64,000 bases of DNA from an uncultured Actinomycetota bacterium. Lineage in GTDB: Bacteria > Actinomycetota > Actinomycetes > CAVWCF01. The stretch covers positions 64,001 to 128,000 of the forward strand of contig CAVWCF010000001.1 in the NCBI GenBank assembly GCA_963753435.1, written 5' to 3'. The position numbers and the translations under genes are program-made. The notes under the pieces are model-generated. The model saw only the letters and a program-made list of their open reading frames with translations. It had not been told where the DNA came from and did no database searches. The first letter of the stretch is position 1. Every line of letters begins with the position of its first letter. Of the stretch, positions 1 to 9,786 are shown piece by piece.

Positions 1-623
1 ACCAGGCTCGACACGGCAGCGGCGTCGGCGACGGCGGAGATGCCGTCGAGCGCAGACCCGCCGCCGTGGGTCTCCAGCATCCGCAACTCCGCGGCCTGGT
101 CGGGGTAGCCCATTGCGACGCGGGCCATGAATCGGTCGCGCTGGGCCTCCGGCAGCGGATACGTGCCTTCCATCTCCACCGGGTTCTGCGTCGCGATCAC
201 CATGAACGGGAGCGCCAACAAGTAGGTGTGCCCGTCGACGGTTACCTGGCGTTCCTCCATCGCCTCAAGCAGAGCGGCTTGAGTCTTTGGCGACGCCCGG
301 TTGATCTCGTCCCCGACCACGATGTGCGCGAATACCGCACCGGGCTTGAACTCGAATTCGCGCGTGGCCTGGTTGAAGACGCTTACTCCGGTCACGTCTC
401 CGGGCAGTAGGTCGGGAGTGAACTGGATGCGGCGCACCGAGCAGTCGAGGCTGCGACCCAGTGCCTTGGCGAGCATGGTCTTTCCGACACCGGGGACGTC
501 TTCGATCAGCAGGTGCCCACCGGCCAGCAGCACGGTCAGGGCCAGACGGATCTGCGGGGCCTTGCCCTCAATGACCCGCTCCACGCTGTTGCCGATGGCG
601 GAAGCGCGCTCAGCGACGTTCAC
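1..623 (-). CDS. moxR: MoxR-family AAA+ ATPase (5' part; runs off the window edge)
   Basis: Manual minus-strand translation gives [14 protein letters not shown] (Walker A), [12 protein letters not shown] and [25 protein letters not shown] at 623 has TACCGT 6 nt upstream; an in-frame ATG at 695 is an alternative start. Confidence 0.9.
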   Translation of the reverse strand, partial: MNVAERASAIGNSVERVIEGKAPQIRLALTVLLAGGHLLIEDVPGVGKTMLAKALGRSLDCSVRRIQFTPDLLPGDVTGVSVFNQATREFEFKPGAVFAHIVVGDEINRASPKTQAALLEAMEERQVTVDGHTYLLALPFMVIATQNPVEMEGTYPLPEAQRDRFMARVAMGYPDQAAELRMLETHGGGSALDGISAVADAAAVSSL

Positions 624-705
624 CGCTTCACGGTAATCGCATGTCGCGGCCCCGGCGACCCCGAATCCCGTACCGGTGATGTGGTGTGGTCTCATGACAC
701 CGGAA

Positions 706-716
706 TGGTCTGACGT
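706..716. promoter_or_regulatory. Putative FadR/GntR operator upstream of the catabolic operon
   Basis: TGGTCTGACGT resembles the FadR-type TGGTCnGACCA consensus; a related site (ACATCAGACAT) lies at 2315-2325. Confidence 0.35.
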
Positions 717-728
717 CTGGGGGTTGCC

Positions 729-1607
729 GTGACTGGACCGTGGGTTTTCGACCACGTCGTGGTGGGTGCATCAGACCCCGAGGCCACGGCGGACTTCTTC
801 GCCACCTTCGGCTTTGCGGTTGCGGCCAGGTCCGGGCTATCTGCGGGGGCCGCCGCTGCCTACGGGTTGGCCGTGGGGGCTCCGGTAATCGATCTGTCCG
901 TACCGGGCGCAGAGTCCGGCCGCATCCGGCTAATCGGGTCGGATCTGGACGGGGACGAGTACTCCCAGTACGCACCTCGGGTGGAGGCACTTGACCTCTA
1001 TACGCGGGACATGGCCGCCAGCTTGGAGCTGATCAAGCAGGCGGGGCTGGTCCCGGTTGGGCCGGCGGCCGATTTCCCGTTCGGTCCCTTGCGGCTGCAG
1101 CAAGTCGCCGTGCACGGACCGGACCGCGTCATGCTCGTGCTGGTCGACATCAACCATCGGTTGCCGAGCGTCCTTGACGACACGGCTACTGACTCCGCGC
1201 AAGCCCTGCACTCGGAACTGCACAGCGTGGTGTGCGTGGTGGATGACTTGGACGCTGCGACCACCTTCTTCACGGACGCCGGCCTGGAGTTGCGCGCCAC
1301 CTTCCCGCTGGCCGAACCGGCGGTGCCTGCGTTCATGGGCCTGCCGCGACCGTCGACCATGCGGATGTCGGTGCTGGGCAACGCCGAGTCCGTGCCTCCC
1401 CGCTTTGAGTTGCTGCAGTTCGACGATGAGTCGGCGCCTGCGCGACCGAGCCTGCCGCTGCGCCCCGGAGCCCTGCTGCCGGTGTTCGTCGCCGACGTGA
1501 ATGCCGCGGCCGACTCGCTTCAAGGAGCAGTGCGCTTTGACGATGCGATCGTCGGCGTGACCGCGCACGGGGTTCCGGTGCAGGTCCAGTCGGAGCCGTT
1601 GCGGTGA
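729..1607 (+). CDS. VOC/glyoxalase-family protein (two-domain)
   Basis: [18 protein letters not shown] and [18 protein letters not shown] repeats plus RFELLQF; stop overlaps the next start (GTGA). Confidence 0.75.
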   Translation: MTGPWVFDHVVVGASDPEATADFFATFGFAVAARSGLSAGAAAAYGLAVGAPVIDLSVPGAESGRIRLIGSDLDGDEYSQYAPRVEALDLYTRDMAASLELIKQAGLVPVGPAADFPFGPLRLQQVAVHGPDRVMLVLVDINHRLPSVLDDTATDSAQALHSELHSVVCVVDDLDAATTFFTDAGLELRATFPLAEPAVPAFMGLPRPSTMRMSVLGNAESVPPRFELLQFDDESAPARPSLPLRPGALLPVFVADVNAAADSLQGAVRFDDAIVGVTAHGVPVQVQSEPLR

Positions 1608-2329
1608 CCGCCAAGCGGCCTGCGTACCAGGAACTCGCCGACCGACTGCGCAGCCGCATCCTGTCGGGGGAACTGAAGCCCGGCGATCGCCTGCCGGTGG
1701 AACCGGACCTGTCCGCGGAGTTCGGTGTTTCCCGAAGCACCGTTCGGGAAGCGCTGCGCGTGTTGTCCAGCCAGAACCTGGTGGCAACGACGCGGGGCGT
1801 GTCGGGCGGTTCCTTTGTCGTGACGCCAGGTGTGGACCAGATCACGGGCTACCTGGCTACAACGTTCGGCCTGCTGACCGGTGCTCAGGAGATAACTGTC
1901 GAGGAGTTGCTGGAGGCGCGGCGGCTAATCGAGATCCCGGCGGCCGGGCTGGCTGCGCAGCGGCGTTCCCCGCAATTGCTGAAGGAACTCGAGTCCACGC
2001 TGGTGGACCCCCGCGAGGTGAGTGCGGAGGGCCTGCGGGAAGCGCACGATCGATTCCACACCGCGCTCGTGGCCGGCGCCGGAAACCCCCTGCTTGAGGT
2101 CATGGTCCGGCCGTTGTTCCTCGTGCTCAATGAACGCTTCGCCCGGGAAGAGGCGCCCACGGCGACCTGGGAGGACGTGGAGTCCGACCACGCGGCCATC
2201 CTCGAGCGGGTCGCCGCTGGGGACGCCGAGGGGGCCGCCGCGGCTGCGGCCGCTCATCTGGAGCATCTGGTTGACCTGTACCGAAGTCTGGATCGGGCCA
2301 CCCTTGACCAAGAAACATCAGACATTTAG
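1604..2329 (+). CDS. GntR/FadR-family transcriptional regulator
   Basis: N-terminal wHTH GELKPGDRLP..E..L..EFGVSRSTVREAL; C-terminal FCD domain (FHTAL..AGN, H..I). Confidence 0.95.
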   Translation: MTAKRPAYQELADRLRSRILSGELKPGDRLPVEPDLSAEFGVSRSTVREALRVLSSQNLVATTRGVSGGSFVVTPGVDQITGYLATTFGLLTGAQEITVEELLEARRLIEIPAAGLAAQRRSPQLLKELESTLVDPREVSAEGLREAHDRFHTALVAGAGNPLLEVMVRPLFLVLNERFAREEAPTATWEDVESDHAAILERVAAGDAEGAAAAAAAHLEHLVDLYRSLDRATLDQETSDI

Positions 2330-2357
2330 GGTGCCGCAAATCTAGAGAGGACCGCGA

Positions 2358-2900
2358 ATGACCGTGCACGAAGCCCAGCTGGGGCCCTTCTTCGAGGATT
2401 ACGTCGTCGGCGACGTGTACCAGCACCCGTTCGGCCGCACGATCTCCGAAACGGACTCCACCTGGTTCACCCAGTTGACCTGCAACACCAACCAGAACCA
2501 CTTCAACTTCCATCTGGCCGCACAGAACCCGATCACCGACGGCAAGGTGATCGTCAACTCCGGCCTGACCGTGGCCCTGGTACTCGGCCTGTCCGTGATC
2601 GACATGAGCCAGAACGCCATCGCCAATCTGGGGTGGACCGACATCAAGCTCACGCACCCGGTGCTGATCGGGGACACGCTTTACGCGGAGTCCATCTGCC
2701 TGGACAAGCGGGAGTCCTCCTCGCGCCCCTACGCCGGAATCATCACGATGAAGACCCGCGGGCTGAACCAGGATGGCGACGAGATCGTCTCCTGGGTTCG
2801 CTCGGTCATGGTTGCGAAGCGGTCCAGCGGCATCGGCCAGAACTACTTCCCCGAGGCGAAGACCGGACCGCTGACCCCGCCGGCGCCCGCGGAGGCCTGA
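2358..2900 (+). CDS. MaoC-family dehydratase, RipB/itaconyl-CoA hydratase-like
   Basis: FFEDYVVGDVYQHPFGRTISETD, ANLGW..IKLTHPVLIGDTLYAES, KRESSSRP; GAGGA RBS. Confidence 0.85.
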   Translation: MTVHEAQLGPFFEDYVVGDVYQHPFGRTISETDSTWFTQLTCNTNQNHFNFHLAAQNPITDGKVIVNSGLTVALVLGLSVIDMSQNAIANLGWTDIKLTHPVLIGDTLYAESICLDKRESSSRPYAGIITMKTRGLNQDGDEIVSWVRSVMVAKRSSGIGQNYFPEAKTGPLTPPAPAEA

Positions 2901-2903
2901 GTC

Positions 2904-3938
2904 GTGCTTCGCATTACGTACGGGCCCTGGGGCGAAACCCTCGCGGAGTTGGTGGACGCAGCGGCAGCCGCGGAGGCGGCCGGCGCTGAGGTGGTCTGGG
3001 CGCCGGAGATGCACCGGTCGGCAACCATCACCGCAGCGGCGATGGCCGCAGGCACGACGACGGTCGGGGTGGGCACGGCGATCGCGTTGGCGTTCACCCG
3101 CAGCCCGATGGTCACCGCCTTGGAGGCCATGGATCTGGACGAGCTGTCCACTGGGCGCTTCGTTCTCGGCCTCGGCACCGGTGTGCAGCGACTGAACGAG
3201 GACTGGCACAACGCCCGCTGGGGCAAGCCGGTCGGTCACCTCAAGGAGACGGTGGCGATCATTCGCCACTTCATCGCCAACGCCGCCTCCGGTGCGCCGA
3301 TCGACATTGACGGCGAGTTCGAGCACATGCGCATCCGTGGCTACCAGCGGCCTTACGCACAGCAGCGGGAGGACATCCCGATCTACCTGGCGGGCATGGG
3401 TCCGGCGATGACTCGGACTGCCGCCGAGATCGGTGACGGCTGGATAAGCCACGAGTTGTGCAGCCCGACGTTCGTGGACAAGCAGGTGCTCCCGAATGTG
3501 GCGGCAGGCCTCCAGCGCGCCGGCAAGGCACGCGACCAGGTGGATCTCGTGGTCTCGGCGTGCTGCTCGGTCGACGCCGACGCGGCCGTGGCCCGCCGGC
3601 GAGCGGCGGGGATTGTCGGCTTCTACGCCAGCGTGCGGACCTACGCCGACTTCTTCGAGTTCCACGGGTTCGGTGCGGAGGCGGCCGCCGCCGGCGCCGC
3701 ACTGAAATCCGGTGCGGTGGCGCAGAAACTCGGTGAGGCGATTCCCGACGAGATGGTCGACGCGCTGACCATCTCCGGCTCACCCGACGACATCCGCGTC
3801 GCACTGAGTCGGTACGAGGGCGTGGTTGACAGCATCAAGCTGACCCCGCCCACCCACGGGTTGTCACCGGACGAGGTACGGGCGGCGCAGTCCCAGGTGA
3901 TCCAGTTGATCGGTGAGCTGACCGGAGGACGTTCATGA
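2904..3938 (+). CDS. LLM-class (luciferase-like) oxidoreductase, possibly F420-dependent
   Basis: AEAAG..VWAPE, GTAIALAFTRSP, GRFVLGLG, PIYLAGMGP..AAEIGDG. Confidence 0.85.
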   Translation: MLRITYGPWGETLAELVDAAAAAEAAGAEVVWAPEMHRSATITAAAMAAGTTTVGVGTAIALAFTRSPMVTALEAMDLDELSTGRFVLGLGTGVQRLNEDWHNARWGKPVGHLKETVAIIRHFIANAASGAPIDIDGEFEHMRIRGYQRPYAQQREDIPIYLAGMGPAMTRTAAEIGDGWISHELCSPTFVDKQVLPNVAAGLQRAGKARDQVDLVVSACCSVDADAAVARRRAAGIVGFYASVRTYADFFEFHGFGAEAAAAGAALKSGAVAQKLGEAIPDEMVDALTISGSPDDIRVALSRYEGVVDSIKLTPPTHGLSPDEVRAAQSQVIQLIGELTGGRS

Positions 3939-5158
3939 GGCCGTTGGCGGACGTGCGAATCATCGCGGTCGAGCAGTACGGCGCCGGTCCGTGGGGCAGC
4001 GTGCACCTCGCTGACCTCGGTGCTGAGGTCATCAAGATCGAGGAGCCCAAGTCCGGCGGGGACGTGGGGCGCTATGTGCCGCCCTACGCCGAGGGCGAGG
4101 ACTCCTTGTTCTTCGAAGTGTTCAACCGAAACAAGAAGTCCCTCTCGCTGGACCTGACCACCGACTCCGGTCGCCAGGTCTTCGAGGACCTGGTCCGCAG
4201 CGCGGACGCGGTCTACTCCAACCTGCGCGGCGATGTGCCGGCCAAGATCGGCATCACCTACGACGACCTCAAGCACATCAACCCGAAGATCGTGTGCTGC
4301 TCACTGTCCGGGTTCGGGATGACCGGCCCGCGGCAGAAGGAGCCCGGCTACGACTACATCCTGCAGGGCCTCGGCGGCTGGATGGATGTCACCGGGGAGC
4401 CGGACGGACCGCCGACCAAGTCCGGACTGTCGATGGTCGACTACTCCGGCGGCTTCATTGCCGCCATCTCGTTGCTTTCCGGGATCCACGCCGCGCGCCG
4501 CGACGGGGTGGGCATGGACTGTGACGTGTCGCTGTACGACACCGCGGTCGCGATGCTCACCTATCCGGGCATCTGGGCGCTCAACACCGACTTCGTGCCG
4601 AAACGGACGCGACATTCGGCGCACCCGTCCTTGGTCCCCTTCCAGGTCTTCCAGACCAAAGACGCTTGGATCGTCGTCGGCTGCGCGAAGGAGAAGTTCT
4701 GGCAGCGGCTCGCGCCGGTACTGGGGCATCCGGAGTGGGCTACCGACGAGAAGTACGCCACGTTCGCGGCGCGGGAGCGCAACAAGGAAGAACTGCTTGC
4801 CCAGTTGGAGGACATCTTCCTTACCCGGACGGCGAGTGAATGGCTGGCTGAGTTGTATCCGGCCGGCATCCCGTGCGGGCCCATCAACTCGGTGCGTGAG
4901 GCCCTGGTCGAGGAACACACGCAGGCACGTGGCCTGATCGTTGATGTCGAGCACCCCCGATGGGGCACGGTCAAGCACCCGCGCACCGCCGTCAACGTCG
5001 GCCCGGTGGCGACCGAGCACCGGCGAGCACCGCAACGCAACGAGGACTTCGACTACGTGATGGAACTCCTCGACTACGACCCGGACCAGATCGTCAGCAG
5101 TGTGAAGTCCGGTGCGTTCGGGGATCCGGAGACGGTCCGCTTCCTTCCGGAGGTCTGA
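3935..5158 (+). CDS. Class III CoA-transferase (CaiB/BaiF)
   Basis: PLADVRI..AGP..LADLGAEVIKIE, NRNKKSLSLDL; catalytic Asp region SMVDYSGG. Confidence 0.93.
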   Translation: MRPLADVRIIAVEQYGAGPWGSVHLADLGAEVIKIEEPKSGGDVGRYVPPYAEGEDSLFFEVFNRNKKSLSLDLTTDSGRQVFEDLVRSADAVYSNLRGDVPAKIGITYDDLKHINPKIVCCSLSGFGMTGPRQKEPGYDYILQGLGGWMDVTGEPDGPPTKSGLSMVDYSGGFIAAISLLSGIHAARRDGVGMDCDVSLYDTAVAMLTYPGIWALNTDFVPKRTRHSAHPSLVPFQVFQTKDAWIVVGCAKEKFWQRLAPVLGHPEWATDEKYATFAARERNKEELLAQLEDIFLTRTASEWLAELYPAGIPCGPINSVREALVEEHTQARGLIVDVEHPRWGTVKHPRTAVNVGPVATEHRRAPQRNEDFDYVMELLDYDPDQIVSSVKSGAFGDPETVRFLPEV

Positions 5159-6541
5159 GTGACCCACGCACGCGAGCTGGCGGATTGGGCCCTTGGCCTG
5201 ACGCTGGAGCGCGTGCCGGCGACGGCGCGGCGTGCTGCGCTCAGGCACCTCCTGGACGGTGTGGGCAACGCCATCGGATCGGCCCGCAGTGGTGCGGTTG
5301 ATCCCGCGGTGGCGGTCGCAGCCGGGTTGGGCGGGCCGGCCGAGGCCACCATCCTCGGTGTCGGCCCAGCGGTGTCGGCGCCGGCGGCAGCGCTGGCCAA
5401 CGGCGCCTTGGTGCACGGGCTGGACTTTGACGACACCCACGCAGGTGGCCTGGTGCACGCAACCGCAGTCGTCCTGCCGGCCGCGTTCGCGGTTGGCGAG
5501 CAGGTCGGCGCGAGTGGGGAGCAGGTTCTCACCGCGGCGATCGCCGGCTACGAGGCCGTCTGCCGGATCGCCATGGCCAGTCCACACGGCTTCCATGCCC
5601 GCGGGCTGCACGCGACTCATGTGGCCGGGACGCTGGCCGCAGCATTGGTCAGCGCGCGGTTGCTGCAACTCGACACCGAGCGGGCCGTGCACGCCCTTGG
5701 CATTGCCGGCTCCGCCAGCGGTGGCCTGCTGGAGTTCCTCAACACCGGGGCCTCGACCAAGCAACTGCACCCGGGCACAGCGTCGTTGAACGGGGTCCTG
5801 GCCGCTCGCCTGGCCGCGGCCGGGGCCACCGGTCCGGACTCCGTTCTGGAGGGTCAGTACGGCGTCTACGCGGCGTTGTCGGCCCGACCCGCGGACGTCG
5901 AGTCGGTCACTCAGGGCCTGGGACAGCGCTGGGAGGTGGAGCAGATAACGGTCAAGCCGTACCCGGCCTGCCAGTTGATGCACGTCACCCTGGATGCGGT
6001 CAGCGAGGCCATCGCGGACGCGGGGATCAGCGCCAGCGACGTGGCCGCCGTCACCGCCGACGTGCACCCGGACAGCGCATCGATCGTCTGCGAACCGGCT
6101 GACGTCAAGTTGCGGCCGCGGTCGCCCTACGACGCCAAGTTCTCCCTGCCATGGTCGGTGGCCGCGCTGCTGATCGACGGCCGCGTGGGCGTGGAGACCT
6201 ACGAGCCGGCATCCATCGCCAGATCGGACGTCGCCGAATTGGCGCAACGGGTGCACAGCCAGGTCACGGCCACCGAAGGTGTCGCCGCCGACGCCGCCGG
6301 GAACGTCGTCATCGAGTTGACCGACGGACGCAGACTTACCGGCGCCGTGCCGCGGAGCGCCGGCGGTCCGCAAACGCCGCTGTCCGACGAGGCGCTGGCT
6401 GCCAAGTTCCTCGCCAACTGCGGGGGCGGCGAGGCCGCTGTCGCGCTGCTGGAGTCGGTGCGATCGCTGGCTGACGCCAAGGACCTGAGTTCCGTGCTGA
6501 CCGCGGCCACGGCGGCCGCCAACCTTGAAGGAGCCATCTGA
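5159..6541 (+). CDS. MmgE/PrpD-family protein
   Basis: AALANG..HGLDFDDTH, GYE, K.LHPG, KPYPAC, AKFSLP. Confidence 0.93.
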   Translation: MTHARELADWALGLTLERVPATARRAALRHLLDGVGNAIGSARSGAVDPAVAVAAGLGGPAEATILGVGPAVSAPAAALANGALVHGLDFDDTHAGGLVHATAVVLPAAFAVGEQVGASGEQVLTAAIAGYEAVCRIAMASPHGFHARGLHATHVAGTLAAALVSARLLQLDTERAVHALGIAGSASGGLLEFLNTGASTKQLHPGTASLNGVLAARLAAAGATGPDSVLEGQYGVYAALSARPADVESVTQGLGQRWEVEQITVKPYPACQLMHVTLDAVSEAIADAGISASDVAAVTADVHPDSASIVCEPADVKLRPRSPYDAKFSLPWSVAALLIDGRVGVETYEPASIARSDVAELAQRVHSQVTATEGVAADAAGNVVIELTDGRRLTGAVPRSAGGPQTPLSDEALAAKFLANCGGGEAAVALLESVRSLADAKDLSSVLTAATAAANLEGAI

Positions 6542-7740
6542 TGAGCCCGACCGCGACGGCGATCGAGCCGGCCGAGTTCCCTTGGTACGACTACTCCGGC
6601 TACACGTTCTCGCTGGGGCTGCAGGTCGGAAAGGACGCCATCAACTCCGGGCACTCCGCAAGCGCCTTCGACCCGGCCAAAGGCAAGCCGGCTATTGCCG
6701 GCGGCATGGGTGAGCAGGCCCAGGTGGCCTACGCCAAGCAGGAGGCGATCCTTGCCGCCGCGGGACTCGGATTAGCCGATGTGACCCGGGTGGTGGAGAA
6801 CATCTCGATCGCCGGATTGCCGTACTACGCCGAAGCCAAGGAGGTGCGGGAGCGCTTGTTCCCGCATTCGCCAACGGTATGCACGGTCGTGGTGGATCGA
6901 CTGGTCCGTCGGCAGGCGCTGATCGAGGTTGAAGTGCACGCATCGCCCGGCGGCGGTGTGGCGTTGGTGCTGGGCTCCGACGGAACGTGGCGTCGGGAGA
7001 CCGTGCGGTCCGGCCACGACGGGGCCGTGTATCTGCCCACATTGCTGCCGATCGACGCCAACGGTGATGTGGTCGCCGAGGGCGATGTCGTAGGCCAGTA
7101 CTTCTACGTCGTTGAGCGAGCCGGCGAACTGCTGCAACAGGCCGGGTTGGATCTGTCGAACCTGGTCTCGACGGTCGACTACTCCACGCCGGCCACGCGG
7201 GACCGGTATCCGAAGACAGGGCGTGCGCGCAAGGACCTGATGGGTCCGGTGTACCCAGGTGCCGCGGGGATCCTGATGAGCCAGTTGCACGCCCCCGGGG
7301 TGCTGCTGGCCTTGGACGCGGTCGCCAGCGTGCATCAGCCGCAGAAGGTCAACCCCGGCTGGGACCGATACGACACGCTCACCTACAACCCGGGCATCCG
7401 TGCGGGCAACACCCTGTACATGTCCGGATTCGCGGCACTGGACATGGAATCGCAGGCAGCTGTGCATGCGGGTGACCTGCGCGCGCAGGCAGAGGTCACC
7501 TACGACGCGATGCTGCAAGTGATGGCTGAGGTAGGTGCCGGGCCCGAGCACCTGCTGACCACGGTCGAGTACGTCACGCCGGACGGACTGGGCGACTACC
7601 GCGCGGTGGCTGACGTCCGGCGGGAGAAGTTGCGCAGCCCGTACCCGGCTTCGACCGGGATCGTTTGCGGTGGTCTGCTGCGCGATGAGTTCCTGCTCGA
7701 AGTGGTGCCCACCGCGTTGATCCCGGAGGCCGGGGAGTGA
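6541..7740 (+). CDS. Rid (YjgF/YER057c/UK114) protein with three tandem domains
   Basis: 399 aa with three ~130-aa Rid-like units (AAAGLGLADV..LIEVEV; QAGLDLSNLV..YPGAAGI; YNPGIRAGNTLYMSG..YPASTGI..LLEV). Confidence 0.75.
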   Translation: MSPTATAIEPAEFPWYDYSGYTFSLGLQVGKDAINSGHSASAFDPAKGKPAIAGGMGEQAQVAYAKQEAILAAAGLGLADVTRVVENISIAGLPYYAEAKEVRERLFPHSPTVCTVVVDRLVRRQALIEVEVHASPGGGVALVLGSDGTWRRETVRSGHDGAVYLPTLLPIDANGDVVAEGDVVGQYFYVVERAGELLQQAGLDLSNLVSTVDYSTPATRDRYPKTGRARKDLMGPVYPGAAGILMSQLHAPGVLLALDAVASVHQPQKVNPGWDRYDTLTYNPGIRAGNTLYMSGFAALDMESQAAVHAGDLRAQAEVTYDAMLQVMAEVGAGPEHLLTTVEYVTPDGLGDYRAVADVRREKLRSPYPASTGIVCGGLLRDEFLLEVVPTALIPEAGE

Positions 7741-8237
7741 GCCTGCTCACGGACGAACTACGGGCGCGGGTCGGAGAGACCGTGGAGTACACCGCCCCCG
7801 AACCGATGGGTCGGGCCGCCTTCCGCTACTTCGCAACCGCGGTGGGCGATGACAACCCGCTGTACACCGATCCCGACTTCGCGCGGGCGCACGGCTACGC
7901 GGATGTCATCGCGCCGCCGACGTTGATCTGCGAGACCAACCAGTACATGCAGGGGCACCGCGACGCAGACGGCTATCTGGGGCACTCCTGGGATCTTGAG
8001 GTGCCCAACTCCCGTCTGGTCCGGGGCGGCAATCACTACAAGTTCCATCGTCCGGTGGGCCCAGATGATGTTGTGACCGCTCGCTGGCGCATCGCCGACA
8101 TGACCGAACGCACCACTTCGTCGGGGACCCAGATGCTGATCGTCACCTCGGAGGCCGAGTACCTCAGTGCCGGGCAGCCCCTGGTGACCAACACCGAAAC
8201 GCTCATCTACACCGCGTTGCCGAAGGAAGCGTCGTGA
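7737..8237 (+). CDS. MaoC/FAS1-like dehydratase N-terminal-type subunit
   Basis: RYFATAVGDDNPLYTD..A..GY..IAPPT, FHRPV..DVV. Confidence 0.85.
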   Translation: MSLLTDELRARVGETVEYTAPEPMGRAAFRYFATAVGDDNPLYTDPDFARAHGYADVIAPPTLICETNQYMQGHRDADGYLGHSWDLEVPNSRLVRGGNHYKFHRPVGPDDVVTARWRIADMTERTTSSGTQMLIVTSEAEYLSAGQPLVTNTETLIYTALPKEAS

Positions 8238-8647
8238 ACCCGGCAGTGGGGGAGTCGGCTGCACCGTTGCAGCGGCGGATCGAGTTGCCCGACATGATCG
8301 CGTACGCGGGAGCCACGTGGGATTGGCACCGGCTGCACTACGACCCGGAGTACCTGGCGAGCAAGCGAGTTCCGGCTCCCGTTGTGGACGGGCAGGTGTT
8401 CGGGGCACTGCTGGCGGAGCAGATCCAGGACTGGCTGGGCCCGACGGCGCGGTTGCAGGACCTGCACTTCCGTTTCAAGAACCTGGTCTTCGCCGGTGAG
8501 GTCGTTGCCTGCGAGAGCACCGTCACGACTGTTACCGCAACTGCTGACGGCACCCTGGTCACCTTCGAGTCGGTGGTGCGCGTCGTCGGCGACAAGGAAC
8601 GGGTTGCGGTCGCGCCGGCCGGCGGGTCGGTGTTGCTGCCGTCATGA
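8234..8647 (+). CDS. MaoC/PaaZ C-terminal-type dehydratase subunit
   Basis: YAGATWDWHRLHYD hydratase-like motif, V.GQ, RFKNLVFAGE. Confidence 0.85.
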   Translation: MNPAVGESAAPLQRRIELPDMIAYAGATWDWHRLHYDPEYLASKRVPAPVVDGQVFGALLAEQIQDWLGPTARLQDLHFRFKNLVFAGEVVACESTVTTVTATADGTLVTFESVVRVVGDKERVAVAPAGGSVLLPS

Positions 8648-9786
8648 CCGTTGCGATCGTCGGTGCGGCCGAGTGTGACCTGGGAGTCACGGGCAAGTCT
8701 GTGCTGCAGTTGCAGGTGCAGGCGGTCACGCGAGCATTGGCAGACGCCGGTCTACAACTGAGCGATGTCGACGGCCTGGCCACGAACAACATTGGTCGTT
8801 TCTCGACCACCGAGTTGGCTCAGGAACTTGGGATTCGTCCAGTTTGGGCGGAGTCGACGTTCGTCGGTGGATCGGCATTCGAGTCGTACGTCGCGCGGGC
8901 GGTTCAGGCGATCGAAGCCGGGCAGGCCGAGGTGGTGGTCATCTCGTTCGCCTCCAACCAGCGTTCGGCCAGGTCGCGATCCCTGGGGGGAGTCGTCGAA
9001 GAGCATCTGCCTGCGGCGCAGTTCGAGACCCCCTACGGACCGCTGTACCCGTTGTCCTATTACGCGATGGCGGCGCAGTCATACCTGCACCGGTACGGCG
9101 CCTCGTCGACCGACCTGGCTCGCGTTGCCGTCTCGGCGCGGGAGTGGGCGCTGCTGAACCCGAAGGCGTACCGATTCGGGGCCGGGCCGTTAACGGTCGA
9201 CGAGGTGCTGCAATCGACCATGATCTCCAGCCCGCTTACGGCCGCCGATTGCTGCCTGGTCACCGACGGCGGTGGTGCGGTGGTGTTGACGTCCGCTGCC
9301 CGGGCCCGCGATCTGCGCAGTCGGCCCGTGAACGTCCTGGGGTACGGCGAGGCCACTGGGGTGGCCGGCATGGCCGCGGCTGACGACATCCTGGACACCG
9401 GTGCAGCCGTCTCGGCGGCGCGCGCCTTCGCGGCCGCCGGGCTGACCCCTGCGGACGTGGACGTCGCCGAGATCTACGACTCGTTCACCATCACGGTGCT
9501 GCTCTCCTTGGAGGCGATCGGGTTCTTCGGGCCGGGGGAGGCCGCAGCCGCCGCGCGCGACGGGGTGCTCGACCCGGGTGGGCGCCTTGCGGTCAACACC
9601 TCTGGGGGCGGGCTGTCCTACTGCCACCCGGGGCAGTTCGGTGTGCTGCTGTTGGTCGAGGCGGTGCGGCAATTGCGCGGAGAGGCGGACCAGCGCCAGG
9701 TTGCCGGTGCCGAGGTGGCCCTGGCGCATGGCACCGGAGGGATCTTGTCGCATCACTCCACCGTCTTGCTGGGGGTGGATCGATGA
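8644..9786 (+). CDS. SCP2/Ltp2-like thiolase-superfamily protein
   Basis: DCCLVTDGGGAVV, DVAEIYDSFT, NTSGGGLSYCHPG, EAVRQLRG; no nucleophilic Cys in the N-terminal motif. Confidence 0.88.
   Translation: MTVAIVGAAECDLGVTGKSVLQLQVQAVTRALADAGLQLSDVDGLATNNIGRFSTTELAQELGIRPVWAESTFVGGSAFESYVARAVQAIEAGQAEVVVISFASNQRSARSRSLGGVVEEHLPAAQFETPYGPLYPLSYYAMAAQSYLHRYGASSTDLARVAVSAREWALLNPKAYRFGAGPLTVDEVLQSTMISSPLTAADCCLVTDGGGAVVLTSAARARDLRSRPVNVLGYGEATGVAGMAAADDILDTGAAVSAARAFAAAGLTPADVDVAEIYDSFTITVLLSLEAIGFFGPGEAAAAARDGVLDPGGRLAVNTSGGGLSYCHPGQFGVLLLVEAVRQLRGEADQRQVAGAEVALAHGTGGILSHHSTVLLGVDR

Noticed and set aside
4301-6373. 690-aa minus-strand ORF, and similar long ORFs at 2127-3665, 11074-12492, 20201-21898, 43355-45049, 48576-50882 and 50961-52592
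   Set aside because: Antisense shadows of well-supported genes; expected in high-GC DNA, with no recognisable motifs
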